NCBI GenBank assembly: GCA_963707955.1
Contig: OY970176.1
Location: 864,001-928,000, forward strand
Direction of reading: 5' to 3'
Source of the DNA: Candidatus Bathyarchaeota archaeon
GTDB lineage: Archaea > Thermoproteota > Bathyarchaeia > Bathyarchaeales > Bathycorpusculaceae
DNA length: 64,000 nt
Shown: in pieces, positions 30,746 through 40,618 of the stretch
How positions within the stretch are numbered: the first letter of the stretch is position 1
How the letters are laid out: each line of letters opens with the position of its first letter
Translations under genes and position numbers: made by a program
Notes under the pieces: model-generated
Database searches by the model: none
Told to the model about the DNA's origin: nothing
The model's input: only the letters and a program-made list of their open reading frames with translations

Positions 30746-32491
30746 TTAAGGTATGTATTTCAAAAGACCTGCCTCGGGCGGGGTTGCTTTTTCAATGATA
30801 TTACACAAATCCCCATAGCCTTTGCTCCTGATGATCGTGAACCGATCGTCCCAGAGGTTATGAAGTGCTTTTCGATACTTCTCTCCTGCAATTACAACTA
30901 TTTTATCATGTTCTTTGAGTAATTCTCCCAACTTCTTTTCGACAGCGGGTTGGATATCTAGAACATCTTGTTCATTGCTGAGGATTTTTTCGTAACCACC
31001 AATGATGTCGTTCGGCAAGAGCAAGCCGTATTTTGCAGAGATGATTACGTAGTTGAACCCCATTGCTTGACAATATCTCCTAACACACTTGAACAATCGG
31101 CCTTGGTACATCTCTTGGGCAGTTGTTCTGACGTTAATACGGTAACCGAGTTTCCTTTTGCTACACTCCGTTACGACGAGAACGTTGTCGCCTTTCTTCA
31201 AAGACGAAAGCTCTGTTCCGGGTTTTTTTTCTCTCCAGTTCATGAATGCAGCCCATAGTTTCGGGTTCTTGAAGACACTGTGAAAAACATATGTATTGTG
31301 AAAACCTCGACGGCGATTACGGTTATTTCCCCTGAATATCACCACCTCGATGCCGGCTTGTCTGCATATTGGGCAACCGCATGATTTCCAGGGCTTATCT
31401 TCCAAGGTTCTGCGGTAAAAAGGTAACAACTCAGGACTCTCGCCTATGGCTTTGTTGAATCTAAACAAGACCAACATTACTTCATCAATACTTGCTTCAT
31501 TTCCATCATACAACCTCAGAGTCTTCAAACTCTCTTGCTCGAGGTTTTTCAACCGGGGAAGAGCAAAACCGGCAGGCAGTTTCTTCGCTCTCTGTGCCCT
31601 CAATTTATTCGTGAAAGGAATCCTTATCGCCGTATAACCTTTCCCTTCAGGATTCAGATAGTTAAGTTGAGACATGGGGGCAGACAACCAAGCCTTACGA
31701 AGATATGAAGCTGAGTCAAATCCAACTCTAACCCCCAAATTCTCCAGTTCCTGGAAGCGCGGAAACAAAGCAGTTCTTGCTAAACCGAAAAAGTGAAGAT
31801 AAGTGGGCATTTTCTTTGAGTGGCTTATCTCAACGAGCAGCTCATCTATCAACTTCGCTATGAATGGAGTCAACGATCGTGAAAGACCGCCAAACGCTAA
31901 GTGTGAAGCACCCATGCCAACGTAGTTCTTGTACATCTTGATGTAGTCTGAGATATCCCAACCTTGAATGGCCACTACAAGTTGAAAATCATCGATGTAT
32001 CTTTTGGACCATTCTTTGTAGGCTTTGACACCATTTTCATAGGTGATTTTCATTCTTTCTTCTTTGTGATTCTTGAATTGAGGGACTACTAGGTGATCCA
32101 CAGATACACCATAGTTGAACCCTAATTCCTTGTAGTAATCCAGGATCCTTACAGGGTCAAATGGAGGCTTTTTCTCGTTTACATATCCAAAGGCTCCGCA
32201 GTCTCCAAGAATTTCAAAATTCTGTGGAAGTCGCAATGCTTTGTGGATTCCTTCAAATCGAGCTTGGGCGTATTTTCTCCTGTCTTCCTCTATCGTTATC
32301 CGCGATATAAGTAGACCATCAAAAGGAACTTTGTCCGGTCCAAATATCTCCCACATATAGACATCATTCTTCGTTGGTTCTTGCTCATGTTCTGGCGAAT
32401 GTGTGTCACTGATGAAATCATATCTTGGATCAACGCGATCATTCCACTCGGGTATGAAGTACTTCAATGTTTTCTCCTCATGCTGAATCAA
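30746..32491 (-). CDS. dpdA: DNA 7-deazaguanine transglycosylase DpdA fused to a YaaA/DUF6884-like domain
   Basis: YFIPEWNDRVDPRYDF, GDCGAFGY, SVDHL, IQGW, HFFG, FDSAS, CGCPIC...IFRGNNRNRRRGFHN (DpdA hallmarks); C-terminus TECSKRK...MYQG...IISAKYGLL. Confidence 0.88.
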   Translation of the reverse strand: MIQHEEKTLKYFIPEWNDRVDPRYDFISDTHSPEHEQEPTKNDVYMWEIFGPDKVPFDGLLISRITIEEDRRKYAQARFEGIHKALRLPQNFEILGDCGAFGYVNEKKPPFDPVRILDYYKELGFNYGVSVDHLVVPQFKNHKEERMKITYENGVKAYKEWSKRYIDDFQLVVAIQGWDISDYIKMYKNYVGMGASHLAFGGLSRSLTPFIAKLIDELLVEISHSKKMPTYLHFFGLARTALFPRFQELENLGVRVGFDSASYLRKAWLSAPMSQLNYLNPEGKGYTAIRIPFTNKLRAQRAKKLPAGFALPRLKNLEQESLKTLRLYDGNEASIDEVMLVLFRFNKAIGESPELLPFYRRTLEDKPWKSCGCPICRQAGIEVVIFRGNNRNRRRGFHNTYVFHSVFKNPKLWAAFMNWREKKPGTELSSLKKGDNVLVVTECSKRKLGYRINVRTTAQEMYQGRLFKCVRRYCQAMGFNYVIISAKYGLLLPNDIIGGYEKILSNEQDVLDIQPAVEKKLGELLKEHDKIVVIAGEKYRKALHNLWDDRFTIIRSKGYGDLCNIIEKATPPEAGLLKYIP

Positions 32492-32823
32492 TACCTAGTT
32501 TTGGCGAAGTGGGTCTTTAACATTTTGACTTTGTTCTGCACGCAAGCAAGGTTGAAATAGCCTAAATAAATCCGATTTACTTACCTCATCTATCCTCCAA
32601 GGTATTCTGCTAGAATGAAGCGGATTGTTTCTTGGATCGTTCCTAGCTTTCTTTTTTCTCTCTCTTTCTCCAGAGTTCGATTCATTGAGTCCGGAACCGA
32701 CATAGTGAACTTCTTTGCCATGATGTTTGCCTCTTTGGAATTCTATGGGCGTAAAAATATTTATAAGTAGGTAATTCTTTAGAAGTCTAAAGAAGTAACC
32801 ATATTGAGGAGAATTATTGTCCG

Positions 32824-34005
32824 ATGAGCAGTGAGAATACTCCCTTGGATTTTAGGTCAGCAACGAAGAAATATGAAAAGTATGGGCTCACGTGTAATCC
32901 CTTTCCTTATGTGGGTGTGCCTGATGACACATTGTCGTTGTACACAGATCGCAAGAGAGAATTGAAGACAATTGAAGAGGTCGTCAGAGTTTCCTTGAAT
33001 GGCACATCCTCGCATATAGTCTTGGTTGGGAGTTATGGAAACGGGAAGACGCACACGATGAAATACATCAAGAAGCAGTTGGAGAGCCAAGTGCAGAACG
33101 CTCAGGTGATATACATTGCCGCTCCTGGAGACCGATTCTTGTCACTGTATGCAAATCTGATGTTCGAATTCGGTTTTGATCGTCTGGAAAGCCTGGTGTG
33201 GAGATTCCTGGAATTTGTCAACGGCGAAGAAAATCTGAGGAAGAAAGTGAATGATGGCGAAGTGCTTTTGCCCGAGATCCTAGAGATCGGCAAGAGACGA
33301 TTGCGGAATGAAGTTAAGTATACAGACTTCGCAACTGCTTTTCTCAAGTTGACTCTAGAAGAGTACAAATTCATTGCATGGAAGTACCTATGTGGAGAGC
33401 CTATTCCTTTTGAGCATCGAAGGGAACTCGATGTTGTTATGGCAATAGACAATGACGACAAAGCTCTGAGGGCTTTCATGAGTTTGAAGAAAATCCTTTC
33501 ATTGCTAGGGAACAAGCTGATATGCATACTGATTGACGAGTTTGAGTCCATTGAGTATGTTAACATACTCTTGAAGCAGAAGATCCTTAACAGCGTTCGT
33601 CATCTAATAGATCTTAACCCGCAAGGACTTTGCCTCATAATCGGATGTGCTCCAGACGTTTGGGTTGACATAATCAAAGAATACCACGCCTTCTCCGAAA
33701 GGATATTCAGACAAGTCACACTTCGAGCGCTTAACAAGGAGGACCTGCGCAATTTCGTTATTTCCTACCTACGACATTTCCGAGTCAAAGATTCGGATCC
33801 ACCGACGGATATCTTCCCTTTCACTGAAGATGCAGTTAGCGAGATCCAAAAGGCAGCTGAGGGGAATATACGTCGAATGCTTATGATCTGTAACCAGGCG
33901 ATTGATTTTGGAGTCGATGCAGGATTTCCAACTATGAACGCAAAGAAACTGAAGGAATTGCTGCCTGATCTTTTCGAAATCTCTACGCAGAGTAGTACGC
34001 CTTGA
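32824..34005 (+). CDS. P-loop AAA ATPase (BrxD/DUF2791-like), module 2
   Basis: YGLTCNPF, YTDR, GSYGNGKTH, ILIDEFES, FPFTEDAV, GNIRR. Confidence 0.9.
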   Translation: MSSENTPLDFRSATKKYEKYGLTCNPFPYVGVPDDTLSLYTDRKRELKTIEEVVRVSLNGTSSHIVLVGSYGNGKTHTMKYIKKQLESQVQNAQVIYIAAPGDRFLSLYANLMFEFGFDRLESLVWRFLEFVNGEENLRKKVNDGEVLLPEILEIGKRRLRNEVKYTDFATAFLKLTLEEYKFIAWKYLCGEPIPFEHRRELDVVMAIDNDDKALRAFMSLKKILSLLGNKLICILIDEFESIEYVNILLKQKILNSVRHLIDLNPQGLCLIIGCAPDVWVDIIKEYHAFSERIFRQVTLRALNKEDLRNFVISYLRHFRVKDSDPPTDIFPFTEDAVSEIQKAAEGNIRRMLMICNQAIDFGVDAGFPTMNAKKLKELLPDLFEISTQSSTP

Positions 34006-35085
34006 CGCTAGACGATGACCTATCAATGTTTCAAATAATAGCTTCGGACAACCTAGCCAGAATTGGTGAGTTAGAAACAAAACATGGATTATTGAAGACG
34101 CCAGCACTATTTCCGGTGCACAATCTTGGCACAGAGGGTGGCTGGAATACGCCCCGGTACTGGGAAAGATACCCTTTTATCAACACGGCCATGTTTAACG
34201 CGTCTTTTCTTTCAATGAACAGAGGTGGGCATCTCGGAACAATCCTGCAGATAGGTGTTCAGCGCTTCATCAGATTCTTTGGAATATCATTTGCTGACAG
34301 TGGCGGGTTCATCTACAAGAAGTACAAGCTGACTCTCAAACCGGAGAGGATTTTAGAAATACAAGAAAAAATGGGAGCAGATATAGCTTCTACTCTTGAT
34401 TATCCAATCCAATGCAAACCGATTTCTGAAAACACCAATGTGACACGTACGATAAAGAACGCTAAACTTGCTCTTTCTTTGAGAAGAGATCCAAAGTTGC
34501 TTCTTTTTGCTAGCATAAATGGATATGACCCTGTGGTTCTGAGAAACGCTGTAAAAAACCTAAAGAGAGCGGGCGATTTCGACGGTTTCGCAATAGGCAG
34601 TTTGATGCCGAGGTACACCAACTATAGGCTCCTGGTCGATTTTATACTCGCTGTGAAACTTGAAGCCCGCGAGACTCCAATACACGTATACGGGTTAGGA
34701 AGTCCGCTTGTCACTCATCTTCTGATGTTTCTTGGCGTCGACTCATTTGATTCCTCCTATTTTGTAGTAGCTTCTGGAAATAGAATCTACTCAATTCCTG
34801 GTTACGGACGCACGGAGTTCAAGGACTTGCACGAATCTGATTCCCCTCCATGCCAATGCCCTGTATGTCAGAAGCATTCGCTCTCTGAGCTTGAGGATAA
34901 GTCGGGAACTTCTCACGCTTCACAACCTATGGACGCTATGGAATGAGATAGATCAAACGAAAACAGCCATTAGAGAGAGAAGACTTGAAGAGCACCTTTC
35001 TTACCGTTTCAGAAACGCAAAATGGGCCAAAAAAGCCTTCGAATACGCAAAACATCGAATACAATATCGTTTCTCGGGTGGTTGA
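34002..35085 (+). CDS. TGT-fold transglycosylase (archaeosine-TGT-like catalytic domain, no PUA domain), frameshifted near 34890
   Basis: ARIGEL....LKTPALFPV, ADSGGF, TLDYP, GFAIGSL, HVYGLG, GVDSFDSS, CQCPVC; Zn-site His LTLHNL lies in the +1 frame 34891-35085. Confidence 0.85.
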
Positions 35086-35940
35086 ATGAGTCTGAGAAAA
35101 ACAATGCGGCCTGTAACGTTGAAAAGAGTAGTAGAGGTCTGCAGCTTGGCAAGCGAGAATGAAGCCATAGACATTGTTGTTGTCTCACAGAGACTCGGCG
35201 TGAGTCATTCCAGAGCCGAAGAGATCGTTCTTGAAGTGGAGGAAATGAGGTTGTTGACAAATCTTGGGGACAAGTGTATAGCTAATCGCGAAACTTCAGA
35301 GTTTCTTAGGCATTTCGAGAACGAGCGATGGGAGAGAATTCATGAGCATTTCCTGGAGAAGTATCGTTTCTACAGAGATTTTATCCACATACTCGCTGGC
35401 CATATTGATGACGAAAAAGGTCTGTCTTTAGAGGAGATCAAAGAAGAATCGACGAGTCGACAATTAAGCCTGAACCAAACGGCAGTCGAGGTCTTGTCAG
35501 ATTGGTGTGACAGACTAGGTGTAATCCAACGACATCTTTACACTAGACGAATTTACACAGTGCGGAAGGATATTGAACCTAAGATTTTCAAAATTGCCCT
35601 CTGCAAATGCTATCGAGAACTTTCCACATGCCATGGGCGAAAAGGAGTATTCGTCGAGATACCGACGATGAGAGAAGATACTTGTGAGAATTTGAAAATT
35701 CCAAGAAAGACCTTTGATGAAAGATTGCGTCTCCTCTTCTTAGAAAATATAGGGCGAATTGAGCTAAGCGGAGCCCCGATCATAACTCTTGCAAAAAAGA
35801 GTCCATTTACCGAGAAGAAAATGATGTCTGATAGCAAAGCTGCTATATTGTCTCCAAAATACGAAGTGAAAAGAGAAAGGGAAGGTTTAGCAGTGGGTCA
35901 GAAAACTTACTATTACTTGGCGATTCATGAGAGCATCTAG
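35086..35940 (+). CDS. Hypothetical protein, probable multi-winged-helix DNA-binding protein, module 2
   Basis: VSQRLGVSHSRAEEI HTH-like segment, LSDWCDRLGVI, VEIPTMRE..CE.L. Confidence 0.65.
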   Translation: MSLRKTMRPVTLKRVVEVCSLASENEAIDIVVVSQRLGVSHSRAEEIVLEVEEMRLLTNLGDKCIANRETSEFLRHFENERWERIHEHFLEKYRFYRDFIHILAGHIDDEKGLSLEEIKEESTSRQLSLNQTAVEVLSDWCDRLGVIQRHLYTRRIYTVRKDIEPKIFKIALCKCYRELSTCHGRKGVFVEIPTMREDTCENLKIPRKTFDERLRLLFLENIGRIELSGAPIITLAKKSPFTEKKMMSDSKAAILSPKYEVKREREGLAVGQKTYYYLAIHESI

Positions 35941-36085
35941 AGAACAGTCTTACTGTTGTCGCCTACACGCATTAGGACCTGTCTTTGGCGCAATCGTCTA
36001 TCGCCTTGGCGACTTGTCAGCGTTTGAAGACGGTGCGGAAGCACTCTAAGGTGTTGTCTCTAGGCATGCGAGTGTAGATGCAAAA

Positions 36086-36724
36086 CTAGACGCCTTTCTT
36101 ACTGCCCCACACAATTTTATGTTGCTGAAGAATAACCCTTGAATCAAGCCCATCTTTCTTGGCAAACTCTACCAATTGCTTAGCGAATTTCCTGTGCGCC
36201 CATTCGGGTTGGATGACCACGTTTAATGGACTCAGGCGTTCAATGATTCTCTTGGCATATTCGTAGTCCATTCTATTGGCGACCACGAATTTGAACTGAG
36301 TTTTGTGATCGTATAATTCTCTTGTTTTCCCCAAAACACGTTGATCACTTTGCATTCCAGAAGAAGGGCATTTGCAGTCCATGCTGATCAAGTCCACTGA
36401 ATCAAAGATCCTTTTGTGGAAAATCGTTCCATTTGTGTTTATTTGTATCCAATATGCATGATTTTTCAGCTGTTTAACAAGCTTTACCACTTCTTCGATC
36501 TGACAAAGAGGTTCTCCCCCAGTTATTGAGACGCTTTTGCAGGGATACTTTACGATTCTGCTTATCGCGTCCTTGACATCCATTTCCTTACCATTTTGAC
36601 GCGCATATTTTGTGTCACACCAAGAACACTCAAGATTGCATCCAGCCAGTCTGATGAAAATCTCCCGTCTCCCAATCTGAATTCCTTCACCTTCAATGGA
36701 GTAGAAAATCTCTGAAATCTTCAA
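36086..36724 (-). CDS. queE: 7-carboxy-7-deazaguanine synthase (radical SAM)
   Basis: ISEIFYSIEGEG, FIRLAGCNLECSWCDT, ITGGEP, QQHK. Confidence 0.95.
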   Translation of the reverse strand: MKISEIFYSIEGEGIQIGRREIFIRLAGCNLECSWCDTKYARQNGKEMDVKDAISRIVKYPCKSVSITGGEPLCQIEEVVKLVKQLKNHAYWIQINTNGTIFHKRIFDSVDLISMDCKCPSSGMQSDQRVLGKTRELYDHKTQFKFVVANRMDYEYAKRIIERLSPLNVVIQPEWAHRKFAKQLVEFAKKDGLDSRVILQQHKIVWGSKKGV

Positions 36725-37470
36725 ATCTTGCCCTCTTGTCTCAATTTGAGAATTAATGGGTCTTCAATTCCAGCTTCCTGAAATCCTTTGGCCCTGAGCA
36801 AACAAGCATCGCATCTTCCACATGGTACTTCCTCACCAGCGTAGCAGCTCCAGGTCAACTCCAGAGGTGCCTTTAATTGCATGCCTAGTTCCACGATTTC
36901 TCTTTTGTTCTTGAAGAGTAGTGGTGTCTCTATCTTCATTTCGACATTGTATTGTGTACCAACTTTGCTCGCGAATTTCATCAAATCATTAATCCGAGTA
37001 TAGAATTCTGGTCTGCAATCTGGATATCCCGAATAGTCCGTAACGTTGGCAGCAATGAAAATTCTGGCCTCTATGTCTCTTGATCTAATACCATCTTGTT
37101 CAAGCTTGTAGAGGATCTCGGATTCGAGGTATGCTGCAGCCAGAATTATTAGAAAGGTGTTTCGCATTGGAACATATGTTATCGGTATCGTTTTTGACAT
37201 TTCTTCAGGGACTCTGTTTTTAGGAATGGCAAACAACTCTGGGTGAGTTAGGGCCGAGTACCACGCCATGTCTTTGTAGGATGAAATGTCAACTATTGTG
37301 TGCTTGATTTCCAGCACCTTGGCTATTCTCTCAGCACATTGAACTTCTTTGCTAAGCCGTTGACCATAATGCACCGTAATGGCATGCACATCATAACCTA
37401 GACTCTTTGCATAAGCAGCAGTTGTTGTTGAATCCAGTCCGCCGCTAAGCAGAATGACACCTACCTTCAT
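36721..37470 (-). CDS. queC: 7-cyano-7-deazaguanine synthase
   Basis: LSGGLDS, TYVPMRN, YSGYPDCRPEF, TWSCY...CGRCDAC. Confidence 0.96.
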   Translation of the reverse strand: MKVGVILLSGGLDSTTTAAYAKSLGYDVHAITVHYGQRLSKEVQCAERIAKVLEIKHTIVDISSYKDMAWYSALTHPELFAIPKNRVPEEMSKTIPITYVPMRNTFLIILAAAYLESEILYKLEQDGIRSRDIEARIFIAANVTDYSGYPDCRPEFYTRINDLMKFASKVGTQYNVEMKIETPLLFKNKREIVELGMQLKAPLELTWSCYAGEEVPCGRCDACLLRAKGFQEAGIEDPLILKLRQEGKI

Positions 37471-37506
37471 GAACCCCGCCTCATCATAATGTAATAAGCA
37501 CGCAAA

Positions 37507-37866
37507 TCAACTCTGAAAGTACTCGCACCAACTGTTGGTGCTTTCCCAGACCCTAACCTTTTCCAATCGAACAGATTCTGGCAGATCTTTCAAATTTCGG
37601 TAGATGTATCGCGAAATGTTTTCGGAAGTTGGGTTACCTATGTCTTTGAAGTGATTGAGATAAGAATGGTCAAGTTTTTCAGTTATCTGGCACAAGTTTT
37701 TTTTCAGGGTCTTGAAGTCAACTAGAATTCCGATATTGTCAGGCTTTTCTCCGATAACAAAGACTTCAACTTTCCACGTGTGTCCATGAAGTTTTGAGCA
37801 TTTTCCTTTGTATCCAACTAACTTGTGTGCTGCATCGAAATGCGATTCAATCCTCAGCCTATGCAT
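37507..37866 (-). CDS. queD: 6-carboxy-5,6,7,8-tetrahydropterin synthase
   Basis: FDAAHKL...CSKLHGHTW, LDHSYLN, NPTSEN, VWES. Confidence 0.95.
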   Translation of the reverse strand: MHRLRIESHFDAAHKLVGYKGKCSKLHGHTWKVEVFVIGEKPDNIGILVDFKTLKKNLCQITEKLDHSYLNHFKDIGNPTSENISRYIYRNLKDLPESVRLEKVRVWESTNSWCEYFQS

Positions 37867-37880
37867 TGTTTCACCACCAC

Positions 37881-38674
37881 CTAGAGAACCCCCCTCCACT
37901 CTGAACAGACATTGTGATCATGGATCGACTCGAAGCTCACGCATTTCACTCTGCAATATTTCGAGGGATACTTCTCTTTCAGCAATTGAACACATTTTCT
38001 GACAACATCTTCGACGAATCTAGGGTTCTTATGGATTCTCTCTACAATCTCTTTTTCTTCTGGTCTCTTTAACAACGAGAACGTTGGCGAACTAAAACTC
38101 TGATTGCAGATGTCTATGATGTCCAGGAGTTCGATGTTGTTTCTTGTAATGTCAATCGCTACGCTTAGGGTCCCTCTTTGATTGTGGGTCAGACCGTTAC
38201 ACATTTCTTTCGAACAAGGACAAGCTAATACACCGCTCAGAGAGATTCCAACTGTCTTCTGCTTTGATTTGGTGGAATATGTGGCAAACATCCTCGCAAC
38301 AGAGTTCTCGGTCTCTCCACTTGGTCTTGTTCTTTCAAAAGGAAGTTGGCCGAATACTTTGGTGAAACAATTGTAACCGTGCTTTGCGAAGGCATTTTCA
38401 GAGATTTTTTGCGCCAAGTCTTCTATTGACACAGTTTCTTTGGGATCTCTTCAACCGATTCCACGAACCTGCTCATGTGGACCCCTCGAAGATTAGAAGG
38501 CAGAGTTATGTAGCTGTTTATGGCGACAATCACGTGATAGAGTTTGTCTGGTCTCTTTACCACGACGTATTTTTTTAGTCCTTCTACTCCGACTTTCTCT
38601 AACTCGATTTCATTCTCTGGTTTTTCATTCTGCACATCAATCATTTCAGCAACTTTACTATCTACGTTTTTCAA
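37881..38674 (-). CDS. folE2: GTP cyclohydrolase of the FolE2/MptA family, split by a one-base frameshift near 38440
   Basis: DVQ, VGV, RGVHMSRF in 38423-38674; ACPCS, HNQRG, LLKRPEE, NPRFVEDVVR, ESIHDH in 37881-38432. Confidence 0.88.
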
Positions 38675-38677
38675 TGC

Positions 38678-39007
38678 CTACTTCACTCTCCCAGTCAAAA
38701 GATCCTCGTAGACCCGTCTCATGTGAAACACGGCGACTGCAGTTTTCTCATCCAAATTGCATCTGCATGCCTTGCACGACTGGCATATCAACCATCCGCA
38801 CTTGGGGCAAACCGCGGTTTTTGCCGAATCAATTTTTTCGCCGCACTCAAAGCAATAGACTTCCGGGTTGGCGAAGAATTCTAAGAAGTTTTCAATAAGC
38901 CTTGATACTGGAATATGCTTCCGTTTTGCTTCAGCGACCGCTCTTTGTTTCACTTTCTTGTCGATAGTAACATTCAACTTTTCCTTTGTCTTAGCCGACG
39001 GATTCAT
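38678..39007 (-). CDS. Ribbon-helix-helix plus Cys-rich zinc-finger protein, putative regulator of the preQ0 operon
   Basis: KEKLNVTID...A......PVSRLIENFL (RHH) followed by CFEC, CPKC, CQSC..C.C. Confidence 0.75.
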   Translation of the reverse strand: MNPSAKTKEKLNVTIDKKVKQRAVAEAKRKHIPVSRLIENFLEFFANPEVYCFECGEKIDSAKTAVCPKCGWLICQSCKACRCNLDEKTAVAVFHMRRVYEDLLTGRVK

Positions 39008-39176
39008 ACGCCTTGATACGTATTAAGGCGCATTTAATACTTGCTCACGTGTCCATGTAAAAAGCGCGCGCACTGACAAGCTTGAATTCCTATTCACGCA
39101 AGTCAGTCGTGAACTGGCAAGATATTATTATGAGTTCTTCAGTAACTGATCTTGCCGGTCGGAGTGTTGAAATCAG

Positions 39177-39677
39177 TTGAATGTCGAAACGTCCAATGCC
39201 ATTTTGTTCAAGGTTGCTAGGGAATTGCAGGATAGATCTTTGGAGCAAGGTTTGAGTTTGGCGTTGAGAGGCGGGCTTGCAGTCCATATTCTGATGGCGA
39301 GCGTTGGAAAAGAGCCAAAGGACTGGAGGCACAAAGATATTGATGTTGTGCTATTGGAGAAGCAACTACCCAATTTCATAGCTTTGATCAAGAGTCTTGA
39401 GTATGTTAGATCCCCTCTTTCGTCAAAGACCGAGAACTGCCATGTTTATCAAAATGAAGTCAATGGAAGAAGAGTTTCAGTCAATTTCGTAGGCCAGAAA
39501 ACTCTCGAAGTCGAGGCAAAAGAATACGATGGGTACTACTATAATATTATGCCACCTCAGCTTCTGTATGAACAGATAAGGGAGAAATGGATTTCAATGG
39601 ACAAGAACCCTAAAGTCGCAAGGTCTGTTGACTTCTTGAATGGATATGTCAAACATCAAGTTCAGGAGAAACGTTGA
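39177..39677 (+). CDS. Minimal nucleotidyltransferase-fold protein
   Basis: LRGGLAV...HKDIDVV (GG...DxD Pol-beta superfamily motif). Confidence 0.7.
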   Translation: MNVETSNAILFKVARELQDRSLEQGLSLALRGGLAVHILMASVGKEPKDWRHKDIDVVLLEKQLPNFIALIKSLEYVRSPLSSKTENCHVYQNEVNGRRVSVNFVGQKTLEVEAKEYDGYYYNIMPPQLLYEQIREKWISMDKNPKVARSVDFLNGYVKHQVQEKR

Positions 39678-40618
39678 TGATTGAAGGCTCATATCGGGCG
39701 TCTTTTAGGGAGGTGCGCAGGTTGGCCTATCTTAGGTTTGCCTGCGACATTATGGCGATAGAGAAATCGAGCGAGATCAACTTAGCCAGTGAGAAATTCC
39801 TTAATAAGACAAGAACCCTGAACTGGAAACTAAGAACATACACACGAAACACTGGAAAAGTTGAAAGGATTTCGGTGGCAAAGAACCATTTTATAATAGC
39901 GAAGGCGCTTGGGCTAATGAAGATAGAAGGCGAGTTCGTCAAGTCAACTAGTATATCTGCTTTCTTTGCATCCTTGCTAAAAAACGATGAGAACCCATTT
40001 TACCTGTCTCTAGAAGAGAAACTCTCCTTTTTCGAGGAACTGTTCGAGTACAAAGGTCAGGATTTGGCCCCATTGCTGATTCTGTTTGATGATGAAGATT
40101 GGATTGATCTCGGGGAAGGAATAAATAGAATGAAAATAGAGCCAAGACCCCATGTTGATCAAATAGTGAAGTCTGGTTTTGATTGGTTTGTTGATCTTGG
40201 CCTGCTAAGTGCCACATCAGCGAGGAAAGGCAAGTTTGGGATAACAAGAGTTGGCAAGAGTCTGAGGGAGGTTCTTGAATCCAGCAACGGCAGTCATAAA
40301 TCCTCAACTCTACTTGAAGTGTATGCGGAAGATCTCTTGGGTCATATTGATATCTTGGACAGGGCAGATGACGAGTCCATAATGTCATCTTTCCATAAAG
40401 CGAGAGAGAGAACGAGAAAATTTGCAACTAGCGAGATTAGTCGTGATCTCCTTTCTGCCCTGCCAATCGTCCTATTCACACGGTTGCAACTGCTGGCGAA
40501 ATATAGGATACTTTTAAGCGTGGATGAGCTGATTACACATATGAGAGAACTACTTCCCAAGAGTGGAATATCCTTCAAGTGGGATCCCATATACAAAGGG
40601 GGTTACATAAGAACATGA
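39674..40618 (+). CDS. Hypothetical protein, probable winged-helix, module 3
   Basis: NHFIIAKALGLM, NPFYLSLEEK, DWFVDLGLL...FGITRVGK. Confidence 0.65.
   Translation: MMIEGSYRASFREVRRLAYLRFACDIMAIEKSSEINLASEKFLNKTRTLNWKLRTYTRNTGKVERISVAKNHFIIAKALGLMKIEGEFVKSTSISAFFASLLKNDENPFYLSLEEKLSFFEELFEYKGQDLAPLLILFDDEDWIDLGEGINRMKIEPRPHVDQIVKSGFDWFVDLGLLSATSARKGKFGITRVGKSLREVLESSNGSHKSSTLLEVYAEDLLGHIDILDRADDESIMSSFHKARERTRKFATSEISRDLLSALPIVLFTRLQLLAKYRILLSVDELITHMRELLPKSGISFKWDPIYKGGYIRT

Noticed and set aside
34002-35085. TGT-2 as the housekeeping archaeosine tRNA-guanine transglycosylase (tgtA)
   Set aside because: It is only ~360 aa with no C-terminal PUA region and is embedded between an ATPase and an unknown gene in an island. 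Not fully excluded without a phylogeny, so no symbol is given.
38423-38450. Programmed ribosomal frameshift in folE2
   Set aside because: No canonical X XXY YYZ slippery heptamer at the junction, and unrelated genes in the window show similar single-base lesions.
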